Below, in pieces: positions 1 through 8,946 of a stretch of DNA of 64,000 nucleotides. The notes below the pieces were generated by a model. The model had not been told where the DNA came from and searched no databases. It saw only the letters and a program-made list of their open reading frames with translations. This DNA is from a virus. The position numbers and the translations under genes are program-made. How positions within the stretch are numbered: the stretch's first letter is position 1; each line of letters starts with the position of its first letter. The stretch lies in the IMG/VR virus record IMGVR_UViG_3300045988_010351; one strand, 5' to 3'.

Positions 1-60
1 ATATGTTTAAGTAAGGAAGGATGCCAGAAGAACAATATTAGTCTTGCTGAGGCCCTTTTA

Positions 61-594
61 ATGCTTGCCATCCATAATAATGCTGACCTTGATGCAGCTC
101 AAAAGGGGCTAATCAAGAAAGGCTATATAACTGCTAACAGGGATGACCTGTTTCAGCAGGTTGGATGGAGACTCACTAATAAAGGTACTGAGGTAATAGA
201 TTCTGTAATTGTAGACTCTGATAAGAAACAAGAACCTAATGATAGGTTGGTTCAGTTGGCTACAAGACTCAAGGAGATATTTCCTAAGGGCAAGAAAGAT
301 GGTACTAACTATTATTGGGCAGATGGAGTGGCTTTGATTGTACGAAGATTGAAGCTATTCTTTAAGAAGTATGGAAATACTTATACTGATGAGCAAATCA
401 TACAGGCAACCAGTAAGTATGTGGAGGGTTTCAATGGGAACTATACATATATGAGGTTATTGAAGTATTTCATATTCAAAGAGAAAGTTGGTGCTGCTGG
501 TGAGGTTGAAGGAGACTCAGAATTGATTAGTTATATTGAGAATGCTGGTCAGGAAGAAACTCTTAGAAATGACTGGGCTACAACATTAAGATAG
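61..594 (+). CDS. hypothetical protein (177 aa)
   Basis: Complete ORF, first gene of a co-directional compact + strand block. No recognisable motif. Confidence 0.45.
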   Translation: MLAIHNNADLDAAQKGLIKKGYITANRDDLFQQVGWRLTNKGTEVIDSVIVDSDKKQEPNDRLVQLATRLKEIFPKGKKDGTNYYWADGVALIVRRLKLFFKKYGNTYTDEQIIQATSKYVEGFNGNYTYMRLLKYFIFKEKVGAAGEVEGDSELISYIENAGQEETLRNDWATTLR

Positions 595-595
595 T

Positions 596-1810
596 ATGAA
601 GGAAAGTATAAGTTTAAGAGAAAGAGTTATTGCCAATCTTGAAGAAAGAAGGCAACGAATCCTAGATGGGCAGCTTAATTGCATCCCATCTCCTTTCAAA
701 AGATTCAGTGAAGATTTCATTGGTATTGAGCAAAGTTGCTATTATACCATAACTTCTTTCACTAAGGGAGGTAAATCTCAATTCACTTCCTACACTTTTA
801 TCTACAAGCCTCTCATGTTCTGCTATTTTACTAAGGCAGATATTGACATCAAGATATTGTATTTTCCTTTGGAGGAGACTCCTGATAGGATTATGCAAAG
901 ATTTATATCTTGGTTACTATTTGACTTCAGTAAGGGCAAGATAAGAGTTAGTCCAAGAGAGTTAAGGAGTACTACCTCTCCAATATCTGAGGAAGTCTTG
1001 GATATAATCAACAGCGAGGAAATCCAAGACATACTTGAGTATTTTGAGGAGCATGTAATCTTCCCTGAAGAAGCTGCAAATCCTACAGGAATATATAAGT
1101 ACTGTAAGAATTATGCAGAGGAGCATGGCACAGTATATACTAAGACTGGTCAATATAAGGATGAGCTTGGCATAGTACAGAACAGACAAGTGTTTGACAG
1201 GTATGAGCAAGATAATCCTAATGAATACAGGCTGGTCATAGTAGATACCATCAATCTCATAGATACTGAAAGAGGAATGACTCTCAAGCAATCTATGGAT
1301 AAGCTGAGTGAGTACTGTGCCAAGTATCTCAGAAACAGGTATAACTATTCTCCTATCATCATTCAACAGCAGGCATTTGACCAAGAGGGCAATGAGGCTT
1401 TCAAGATTGGCAGGGTAAGACCTTCTGTTGCTGGATTAGGAGATAGTAAGTACACTTCAAGGGATAGCAATGTAGTTCTTGGATTGTTTTCACCATTTAG
1501 ATTTGCACTAAAGGAGTATGAGGGATATGATATATCCAAGTTTAAGGATAATATCAGATTTCTTGAAATGATAGTGAATAGAGATGGTGAGATGGGTGGG
1601 CTATGTCCATTATTCTTTGATGGCGCAGTATGCCAATTTGAAGAACTTCCAAGGCCAGACAACAAAGGTGAAATAGCTAAAATATATGACTATTTGAAGC
1701 ATATAAGAGGTGCAGCAGCTAAGTCATTTTTTAGTTATGGAATAAAGAAAAAGAATAAGAGCTTGCGTAATACTGGATTATTTAGTAAATTCGCAACTCT
1801 TTTCAAGTAA
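596..1810 (+). CDS. DnaB/RepA-like replicative DNA helicase (RecA-fold, SF4)
   Basis: Walker A-like SFTKGGKS. Walker B-like hydrophobic stretch ending in D (LVIVDTINLID). Downstream IIIQQQ...SRDSNVVLGLF resembles the DnaB C-terminal RecA-like domain. Start is 1 nt after the previous stop. Sits next to a primase, typical of phage replication modules. Confidence 0.6.
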   Translation: MKESISLRERVIANLEERRQRILDGQLNCIPSPFKRFSEDFIGIEQSCYYTITSFTKGGKSQFTSYTFIYKPLMFCYFTKADIDIKILYFPLEETPDRIMQRFISWLLFDFSKGKIRVSPRELRSTTSPISEEVLDIINSEEIQDILEYFEEHVIFPEEAANPTGIYKYCKNYAEEHGTVYTKTGQYKDELGIVQNRQVFDRYEQDNPNEYRLVIVDTINLIDTERGMTLKQSMDKLSEYCAKYLRNRYNYSPIIIQQQAFDQEGNEAFKIGRVRPSVAGLGDSKYTSRDSNVVLGLFSPFRFALKEYEGYDISKFKDNIRFLEMIVNRDGEMGGLCPLFFDGAVCQFEELPRPDNKGEIAKIYDYLKHIRGAAAKSFFSYGIKKKNKSLRNTGLFSKFATLFK

Positions 1811-1834
1811 AAGTAACATTATAAAACAAAAACA

Positions 1835-2605
1835 ATGGCAAAAATTCTAGTTTTAGCAAAATCAGGCTTCGGAAAAACTACCTCCTATTGTGGTAGAGAG
1901 AAGTTGGGAATTAAGGGGCTTGACCCAAAGGAAACCTATGTCATTCAGTGCATTGGCAGAGGTGTTCCTAACCCTAACTTTAAGCTGATTGAGGGCAGTA
2001 TTGGAGTAGAGAATGTAGGTAAGCCTACACAGAAACTTGTAAATGCAAATGCTCTTGGTACAGGCAATAGAGTGCAGGTAGATAGTCTTACAGGTCTTGA
2101 TAGGTTCGCAGTGATTGCAGAACTCATAAATATGCTAAAGAAATCTCCTTTCAAGAATATTGTAATTGATGACTTCAATTATCTTGCACAGGATTTCTAT
2201 ATGGCAAATGCCATGAAAGGTGGATGGGATACTCCTAAGCAGATTGGCTATGGAATGGGTCTCATCTTTGATGCTTTCAAGGGACTTCCTGAGAATAAGA
2301 ATATCATCTGCTGTGCCCATTATGAGGAGTATAAGGATAAGAATGGTGACTCCATTTCCTATAAGTTCAAAACCACTGGAAAGATGGTTGATGACTATAT
2401 TACTCCTGAGGGTAAATTTGATATTATCCTCTTTGGCAAGGTAGGATATGATGCAGAAAACAAGAGACCTATCAAGCACTTTGTCAAGGAGTTTGATGGA
2501 GAGTATCCTGCTAAAGACAGTCTTGGTGCATTGGATGACCTTCCTGATGAAATTCCTAATGATTTGTCTATAGTAGTAGACAAATTGAGAGAGATTTATG
2601 GATAG
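1835..2605 (+). CDS. RecA-like P-loop ATPase, AAA_24 / Sak4-like (putative recombination mediator or annealase)
   Basis: N-terminal MAKILVLAKSGFGKTT Walker A. Walker B KNIVIDDFNYL. Size about 256 aa, typical of core-only RecA-like phage ATPases. Confidence 0.5.
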   Translation: MAKILVLAKSGFGKTTSYCGREKLGIKGLDPKETYVIQCIGRGVPNPNFKLIEGSIGVENVGKPTQKLVNANALGTGNRVQVDSLTGLDRFAVIAELINMLKKSPFKNIVIDDFNYLAQDFYMANAMKGGWDTPKQIGYGMGLIFDAFKGLPENKNIICCAHYEEYKDKNGDSISYKFKTTGKMVDDYITPEGKFDIILFGKVGYDAENKRPIKHFVKEFDGEYPAKDSLGALDDLPDEIPNDLSIVVDKLREIYG

Positions 2606-2882
2606 GAATGAGACTGTAGAATTATCAAGGTTGGCTGCCTTTGGTGAGGTGCCTATACACAAGGCACTTAAAGCAATCACAGACTATTGTCTTGAAAAGG
2701 GTAAGTCAGATATTGACACCTCAGTACTTAGAGAGTACTTGGAGAGGGATGTTACTATGCTGAGTTCCTGCCTAAATCAAGCCTTAGAATACTTTGAAGG
2801 AAAGTTTATGATATGCAAGCTATGGAGTGCTCCTAATCCATTAAGTAATGCGGGGCAAAGAAAGTTATTACAAATCTTTTAA
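2598..2882 (+). CDS. hypothetical protein (94 aa)
   Basis: ORF overlaps the previous stop by 8 nt. No motif. Confidence 0.35.
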   Translation: MDRNETVELSRLAAFGEVPIHKALKAITDYCLEKGKSDIDTSVLREYLERDVTMLSSCLNQALEYFEGKFMICKLWSAPNPLSNAGQRKLLQIF

Positions 2883-2894
2883 TAGTAAGAAAAT

Positions 2895-3344
2895 ATGAAA
2901 ACATTGACAGTAAGACAGTTTGCAGGTGTAAAGAGAATTGCACAGAATGTTAATCCTTTGGTAGTGAAGAAGAATAAGATTGCTGCCAAGATTGATGAAC
3001 TCAATGCAGAGTATAATGCTCTGACTGAGGAGATTGAGGGACATGAGATGGGTGTCAAGTCTTTGACAGGTGGTCTCACAAGTGAAGACTTGGTTGTCAA
3101 GAAGGTAGAAGATACTGGTAAGGTTGGTAAGGATGGTAAACCTGTAAAGGTTACTAAGTATGAACCTAAGGCTGGTGTAGTAGTATTCAATGAAGAGGCT
3201 AGTGTATATGAGATTCATGTAGAAGAGCCTGAGGTTGAAGATGTTGCTCCTGAGATGGTAGATGACACTGAGAAGGCACCTGAGACAGAAGTAAAGGCTG
3301 GTGAAGAGTCTCCTATTAATTTCGGAACAAAAATTGTTGATTAA
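2895..3344 (+). CDS. hypothetical protein (149 aa), acidic C-terminus
   Basis: ORF only. Glu/Val/Lys-rich C-terminal half. Confidence 0.45.
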   Translation: MKTLTVRQFAGVKRIAQNVNPLVVKKNKIAAKIDELNAEYNALTEEIEGHEMGVKSLTGGLTSEDLVVKKVEDTGKVGKDGKPVKVTKYEPKAGVVVFNEEASVYEIHVEEPEVEDVAPEMVDDTEKAPETEVKAGEESPINFGTKIVD

Positions 3345-3369
3345 CTAAAGTTTTTAATTTCAAATAAAA

Positions 3370-3645
3370 ATGCTACGTAGGGAAATTAAACACTCTGAGG
3401 TAGAAGAACAGTATACCAAAGAGAAATTAAATGATTTTTATAATAAAGCAAAGCAGGAGCTTATAAAAGAATTATTTGATAATCCTTATGATGAGATAAG
3501 TCTAAGCAATTATTTCTATATAGATGATAAAGGGTACCCTGTTCCTCCTGAATTAAATAATGTAATGGAGACAATACAAGAAAAGGAGTTCCAAGAATCT
3601 ATAGTAAGAGTGTTTGATTACTCTGTAATAGAAGATTTAATATAA
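3370..3645 (+). CDS. hypothetical protein (91 aa)
   Basis: ORF only. Confidence 0.4.
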   Translation: MLRREIKHSEVEEQYTKEKLNDFYNKAKQELIKELFDNPYDEISLSNYFYIDDKGYPVPPELNNVMETIQEKEFQESIVRVFDYSVIEDLI

Positions 3646-3647
3646 AA

Positions 3648-3672
3648 GATATAATATAAAGGATATAATATA
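3648..3672 (+). repeat. tandem direct repeat GATATAATATA x2 (period 14 nt) abutting the start codon
   Basis: Seen at 3648-3658 and 3662-3672. Contains two TATAAT hexamers. Confidence 0.5.
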
Positions 3673-4601
3673 TGAAAAAGACAAATTTTGCATTTATGGC
3701 ATTTGCTGCTGGTAAAGTATCTACTGAAGGCAATGCAGTGAAGAGATATGTAGGTGTAGCACCTGTATTTGTACTTAGTGTAAATCCTAGCAAAGCAGAG
3801 CTTGAGAAGCTGTATAATACCCAACTTGAAAATGACCCTGAGTATCTGGGTGAAGTTGAGGTAGGTGAGGATAAGCATAAAGTACAAAATGTCAGACTTG
3901 ACTTCATTGTTAAGACTGATGCTGAGAAGTGTGGTGGTATAGAGTTTATTACCAAGGTAGCCTTCTTCCTTAGAAAGGAATACAGATACAATAGAGACCA
4001 GACTAAGGTACAGGTAATTGATAAGTATGGTAGAACTGCTTGGGTTACTGTAGAGCAGGCTAAGGCACATGAGATTCCTATGTATAAGAATGGCCCTGCC
4101 AACATTGATAAGGACTACAGACCTGCTTATCATGGTGAGGAAGAGCTTACTAACTTCATCAAGGCATACCTTAACATTCCTAATGTAATGAAGTATGTCA
4201 ATGAGAAATGGGTTATGGTAGATAAACCTGAGGATTGTGAGGCGAGACTTGAGAGTATTGCTGAGTACTTCAAGGGTAACTTCAAGGAGCTGAAAGATGT
4301 TATTGCATTGCAGCCTAATAACAAGGTTAAGGTGCTGTTTGGTGTAAGAACCACTGATGATAACAAGCAGTATCAGGCTGTTTATAATCAGATGTTCTTG
4401 AAGAACAACATTACTGACTACAGTAAGTTGGATGCAAATTTGCAAGAAAGGAAGGCATCTGGTGCATATTCTACTACTGAGTTTACTGTGTGTGACTTGA
4501 AGGAGTATAATGTTGAAGCTACTAACTTCAGTAACTCTGGTTCAAGTGATATGCCTTTCCCCAAGGCAGAAGAGTCCAATCCTTGGGATTTTGGAAAATA
4601 A
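3672..4601 (+). CDS. hypothetical protein, possible ssDNA-binding protein
   Basis: Sits between the helicase/ATPase and the primase. The C-terminus ends in an acidic/aromatic tail (SDMPFPKAEESNPWDFGK), reminiscent of SSB C-terminal tails. Upstream is a tandem direct repeat GATATAATATA x2 and an AAGGA element. The functional call is weak. Confidence 0.5.
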   Translation: MKKTNFAFMAFAAGKVSTEGNAVKRYVGVAPVFVLSVNPSKAELEKLYNTQLENDPEYLGEVEVGEDKHKVQNVRLDFIVKTDAEKCGGIEFITKVAFFLRKEYRYNRDQTKVQVIDKYGRTAWVTVEQAKAHEIPMYKNGPANIDKDYRPAYHGEEELTNFIKAYLNIPNVMKYVNEKWVMVDKPEDCEARLESIAEYFKGNFKELKDVIALQPNNKVKVLFGVRTTDDNKQYQAVYNQMFLKNNITDYSKLDANLQERKASGAYSTTEFTVCDLKEYNVEATNFSNSGSSDMPFPKAEESNPWDFGK

Positions 4602-4625
4602 GTAGTAATCTCTCAAAAAAAAAGC

Positions 4626-5672
4626 ATGGCTGTCAGCAAAGGTAAATCTTCTGTTACTTTAAGTGACATCCTAGAAAAGACAACAGAGGCAAATATTCTG
4701 TCATTTTATCTAGGAGTCACTGAAATTCCTTGTATTATACATAGTCCTCTTAGGAAAGATAACAAGCCATCATTTGGTCTGTACTCTCCTAATGGAAAGA
4801 GGATATATTTTGTGGACTTTGCAACCAAGGATAGGGGAGGTGTATTTGACCTCCTTTGTCAGATGTGGGGGTGTAACTACAGGGAAGTCCTAACAAGGAT
4901 AAGCAAGGACATACCAAAGCTCTGCTCTATAGGAACACCTAATGTTCATAAACATATTCCATGTGCTGTGAGAAGTACCATTGAATGCAGAAAGAGTACT
5001 GACTTACAGTGCAAAGTCAGAGATTGGACATCTTATGATGTTGAATATTGGAAATCCTATGGAATAAGTCTTGATTGGCTGAAGTATGCAGAAGTTTATC
5101 CCATATCACATAAGATTATCATAAAAGATGGTCATAGATATGTGTTTGGGGCTGACAAATATGCCTATGCTTATGTAGAACACAAGGAAGGTAAAGTTAC
5201 TCTAAAGATATACCAACCTTTTAATAAGAATGGTTATAAATGGAGTAACAAACATGATAACTCTGTAATTAGCTTATGGACTAAAGTACCTGAATATGGG
5301 GAACAGATTTGCATTTGTTCTTCACTGAAGGATGCTTTATGTCTATGGGCTAACACAGGTATTCCATCTCTTGCCATTCAAGGTGAGGGATATAGGATGA
5401 GTGATACTGCAATTAGTGAACTGAAAAGAAGATATAAACAAATCTTCATTTGCTTGGATAATGATGAGCCAGGATTGAAAGATGCTCAGAAGTTAGCTGA
5501 GGAAACAGGGTTTACTAATGTAGTATTACCACCCTTTAATGAAGGGAAAGATATTTCAGACTTGTATAAGGCTAAGGGCAAAGATGAGTTCCTTAGAATA
5601 ATCAAGCCTTTATTTATCTCTTCAAGACAAGAGGACAATGATTGGAATGATTTGCCCTTTCGCATAGATTAA
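4626..5672 (+). CDS. DNA primase, TOPRIM domain (DnaG-like)
   Basis: TOPRIM signature IFICLDNDEPG (DxD) followed by a conserved D (KDISDLY). Cys/His-rich N-terminal region (CIIHSPLRKDNKPSFGLY). Preceded by an A9 tract then GCATG. Confidence 0.65.
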   Translation: MAVSKGKSSVTLSDILEKTTEANILSFYLGVTEIPCIIHSPLRKDNKPSFGLYSPNGKRIYFVDFATKDRGGVFDLLCQMWGCNYREVLTRISKDIPKLCSIGTPNVHKHIPCAVRSTIECRKSTDLQCKVRDWTSYDVEYWKSYGISLDWLKYAEVYPISHKIIIKDGHRYVFGADKYAYAYVEHKEGKVTLKIYQPFNKNGYKWSNKHDNSVISLWTKVPEYGEQICICSSLKDALCLWANTGIPSLAIQGEGYRMSDTAISELKRRYKQIFICLDNDEPGLKDAQKLAEETGFTNVVLPPFNEGKDISDLYKAKGKDEFLRIIKPLFISSRQEDNDWNDLPFRID

Positions 5673-5712
5673 AGTTTCAATAAGTTCAATTTTATAAAAA
5701 AAAAGTGAAAAC

Positions 5713-6432
5713 ATGGAAGCAAGAAAAATTACAGTCGTACAGACTAAGAATCAGAAGAAAAGTGTTATTATGTCAGCAGCCACGACCCTTGCTGAGTTGA
5801 AGAGTGACTTGAGAGCCAATGGTATTGACTATGATGGTATGACCTTCTTTGAAGGTACATCAAAGGTTGAATTGAAGAATGATGCTTCAGTTCTACCACA
5901 TGATGTTCCTTACAAGGGAACTATCACCAATGAGTTGGTTTTCATGCTTACTAACACCAACAAGAAAATCAGAAGTGGTGCTGTTGCAATGAGTAGAACT
6001 GAGGCATACAGTGCTATCAAATCTATGGGTTTACAGGATGCCTGTGTAAAGAAGTTTGGCAAGAACTTCACTATGTGTAAGACTGCTGACCTTATTGCAT
6101 TGGTACAGAGCAATAGTGCTGCAAAGCCTGCTCCTGCTGCTCCTAAAGCTGAGGCTAAGAAGGAGGAAACACCTGTAAACACTCCTGTAGCACCTGCAAG
6201 TAATGGAGGTGAGTGTGTTGATGCTGTAGCAAGGACTGCTATCAGCAAGTTGGTGGAAATCCTTGAGGAAAATGGCACAATTAAGGATTATGAGAAAGAG
6301 GAAGTGATTGATATTCTTGGAGGTAAGGTTGCAGTAAGTGATGCACCTTCTGAGGAGTATAAACCTAAGTCAGCTTCTCCTTACTCTGATGATGAGATTG
6401 ATGATATGTTCGCAGGAATGGGTGTCAATTAA
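5713..6432 (+). CDS. hypothetical protein with Ala/Pro-rich linker; N-terminal region with ubiquitin-like (beta-grasp) sequence pattern (speculative)
   Basis: The N-terminal roughly 85 aa (KITVVQTK...SVIMS...TLAELKSDLRANGIDYDGMTFFEGTSKVELKNDASVL...ELVFMLT) alternates in a way that resembles the ubiquitin beta-grasp pattern. No C-terminal Gly-Gly. PAPAAPKAEAKKEETP linker. Followed by terminator 6449-6489. Confidence 0.45.
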   Translation: MEARKITVVQTKNQKKSVIMSAATTLAELKSDLRANGIDYDGMTFFEGTSKVELKNDASVLPHDVPYKGTITNELVFMLTNTNKKIRSGAVAMSRTEAYSAIKSMGLQDACVKKFGKNFTMCKTADLIALVQSNSAAKPAPAAPKAEAKKEETPVNTPVAPASNGGECVDAVARTAISKLVEILEENGTIKDYEKEEVIDILGGKVAVSDAPSEEYKPKSASPYSDDEIDDMFAGMGVN

Positions 6433-6448
6433 CAAAGGTAAATAACAG

Positions 6449-6489
6449 TAGGTAAGGAGGTTAGAAATATCCCCCTTACCTATTTTTTT
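6449..6489 (+). terminator. intrinsic terminator
   Basis: Stem TAGGTAAGG(AGG) 6449-6460 pairs with (CCC)CCTTACCTA 6471-6482; 9 perfect bp plus a partial extension. Followed by a T7 run at 6483-6489. Confidence 0.6.
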
Positions 6490-6497
6490 ACAGTAGT

Positions 6498-7799
6498 ATG
6501 AGTAAAGAAGTAATTAAATTAATTGAGGAGAAGATAGAGGAATTATATAACTCCTTAATGGACAAGCCACTCCGAGTATTAGGCATATTCAATGACTTCT
6601 TTGGAGAAGATAAAGTTGATATGCAAGGATATTGGAGTTTGGACAAGTTCAAATCTTGGATGAATATAGAGCCTTTATCTACCTATATTCCTAGTGGTGG
6701 TATTGTAAGCATGAATAGTAATGACTGGAGCATGTATAAAGCATATGCTATTACTGATTTACCTGAAAACCAGGTAGAAAAGGTTGTTAATGTGCTTACA
6801 AATACTACGGTAAAGGAGAAAATTGGTTATATCAAGTTCAATGGTATATTCATCCTTGTACATTTTCCTCATGTAAGGGTAACTAATGAGCATGACAGAT
6901 TTGTGGATATTAACCATCTGTGGGCTAAGATGAGAGTAATGTATAATGGCACATTGAATGGAGGATTCACACTTAACAGGTCAGAATATACACTGCTTCA
7001 CTTCAGAAGTCGTTATATGCACAGTCATATTAGTAGTATCCCTACAAATGATTTCACCCAATTCAAAAATCCTTGTACAGGCAGTGGTCCTATTAATGGT
7101 ACTATTAGTGTCCTCAATAGGGATTATGATGAGGATATGTGGAATATGTTCTGCCTTGAACTGAGTAAGTATGTAACTGTAGAATCTGTTGCTGGAACAC
7201 CCTATCATTACTTGGAGAGGTTAGGTACCGATGGTATGGAAGCAGGTATGGATAGATTCACTACATGCCTGTCTCCTAATCACTATAGAGGTGCCATTAC
7301 TCATGATAAATTCAAGGAGTTTGTGAGGTACTTTATTAACTCTAAGAAACTCAAATTTAACTATGTCAATGGCTCTTATTCTATTGGAATGTCATTTATT
7401 GAATTTATTGTACTCATTAGTAATGAGTTCATTAAATGGTATAATGACCAGTTCAATAAAGAGGAACTAACTGCTAAGTTTGCAGATTTGAAGAGACAGG
7501 ATATTTTGAGAGAGTGTATCATAGACAGTGGAAAGATTTACTATGATAGAGGCAGGAATAATGTAAACAACTATGCTCAGTATATAGGCAAGAAGGTCTG
7601 TGTATTCAAAGGGAGAGAGGTAACTGTAGATATTACAGATGTTGCAGAAGTGAGGAATGAGAATAAGAGTATAATTCTTGATATTCAGACTGCATTATAC
7701 ATATTAACAACAATACTCAAAGTATTAAATTACAGATATGGAAGAAACAAAGCAATCCACGAAGGCAATCAGCTTGGTACAGAAGTCAGGTACTTATAA
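6498..7799 (+). CDS. hypothetical protein (433 aa)
   Basis: ORF only. Its 3' end overlaps the JAB gene by 62 nt in another frame. Confidence 0.5.
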   Translation: MSKEVIKLIEEKIEELYNSLMDKPLRVLGIFNDFFGEDKVDMQGYWSLDKFKSWMNIEPLSTYIPSGGIVSMNSNDWSMYKAYAITDLPENQVEKVVNVLTNTTVKEKIGYIKFNGIFILVHFPHVRVTNEHDRFVDINHLWAKMRVMYNGTLNGGFTLNRSEYTLLHFRSRYMHSHISSIPTNDFTQFKNPCTGSGPINGTISVLNRDYDEDMWNMFCLELSKYVTVESVAGTPYHYLERLGTDGMEAGMDRFTTCLSPNHYRGAITHDKFKEFVRYFINSKKLKFNYVNGSYSIGMSFIEFIVLISNEFIKWYNDQFNKEELTAKFADLKRQDILRECIIDSGKIYYDRGRNNVNNYAQYIGKKVCVFKGREVTVDITDVAEVRNENKSIILDIQTALYILTTILKVLNYRYGRNKAIHEGNQLGTEVRYL

Positions 7800-8946
7800 T
7801 TATAAGCTGATTATCCCAGCAGAAGTGGAAAGAAAGATAAGGTTTGCCTGTCAGAAGGTATGGAGTACTGAATGGTCAGGTACACTATTCTTTACACATG
7901 AAGGTTCATTTGAAAACAATGACCTTGTAATAAGATGTGTGGATATTTACATCATGGATATTGGAACTCAAGCCTATACGGAGTTTGATATGAATCCTGA
8001 TGTGATAGCCTATATGTGTGAAAATCCTGAGCTACTTGATTGTCAGATGGGTCTTATACATTCCCATAACAATATGAGTACTTTCTTTAGTGGAACAGAC
8101 ACTGCTACTCTAAAGGAAGAAGGCAGGGACAGAAATAATTTTGTATCTCTCATTGTGAATAATGCAGGTTCCTATACTGCTGCAATCACAAGGAGAATCA
8201 AGTCAAAGCAGGTCAAAGAGTCTGTATCTTATGAGTTCTTTGGTGATGGTGAAAAGCATGATACTAAGGAATATGTAAGTGATGCAGATGAGATTGAATG
8301 GTTCTATCTTAAAATAGAGAAAGAAGACGAGAATTATTCCTTTCCAGACATGGCAGCAAGGCTTGAGGAAATCAAGCAAGCTAAAGCAGAGAAGGTCAAG
8401 AAAGCTCAGACACCTGTATATCAAGGTGGTTACAAGCCTGTTATTGCTAACTCTTATGGTACAAAGGCAGATCCAGCAAATCTTGTCAAGAAGGAGACTA
8501 AAAAGCCTAAGGTAGTTCAGACATCTCTCTTTGATGATGTAGATGATTTGCCATTTGAAATGGGATATGACATACCTTATGGTCAGGTAACATTTGATAA
8601 AGTTACTTTGAAATCTCTTGTACTTCAATTGATTACAGGCAGCATTATTATCTCTAATGATAGTAAGATTGATATTACCAAATGGGCTAGGTCAATGCCT
8701 GCATTATATGAAAAGAGATTTGGCAAAGGTAAAGAAGGCATGAAAAATTTCAAAATATGGGCAGATACCTATGCAGAATATCTGACATGGTATGTGACAG
8801 ATGAGAAATTAGAAGAGCTTGGCTTTGATGAAACAGAAATTTGTGCTATTTGTGCCCATGATATGATAGAGGAGCTTACAAAACTTCCTGAAAATGATTA
8901 TATCAAAGGGTATATTGATGCACTTCAAAAGTATTTAATATTATGA
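7738..8946 (+). CDS. JAB/MPN+ (JAMM) family metalloprotease with about 250 aa C-terminal extension
   Basis: Canonical JAMM motif HSHNNMSTFFSGTD (H-x-H-x7-S-x2-D) at 8059-8100. Upstream conserved Glu in PAEVERK and an EWSGTLFF element like the JAB N-terminal E..G.L.G. Its stop overlaps the start of the E1-like gene (ATGA). Confidence 0.7.
   Translation: MEETKQSTKAISLVQKSGTYNYKLIIPAEVERKIRFACQKVWSTEWSGTLFFTHEGSFENNDLVIRCVDIYIMDIGTQAYTEFDMNPDVIAYMCENPELLDCQMGLIHSHNNMSTFFSGTDTATLKEEGRDRNNFVSLIVNNAGSYTAAITRRIKSKQVKESVSYEFFGDGEKHDTKEYVSDADEIEWFYLKIEKEDENYSFPDMAARLEEIKQAKAEKVKKAQTPVYQGGYKPVIANSYGTKADPANLVKKETKKPKVVQTSLFDDVDDLPFEMGYDIPYGQVTFDKVTLKSLVLQLITGSIIISNDSKIDITKWARSMPALYEKRFGKGKEGMKNFKIWADTYAEYLTWYVTDEKLEELGFDETEICAICAHDMIEELTKLPENDYIKGYIDALQKYLIL

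Noticed and set aside
3648-3672. GATATAATATA x2 as sigma-70-type -10 boxes indicating a Proteobacterial host
   Set aside because: The TATAAT hexamers overlap the start codon itself, and there is no -35 partner. The rest of the window uses Bacteroidetes-type TAnnTTTG promoters. Kept only as a repeat of unknown function (possibly a translation-initiation or regulatory protein-binding element).
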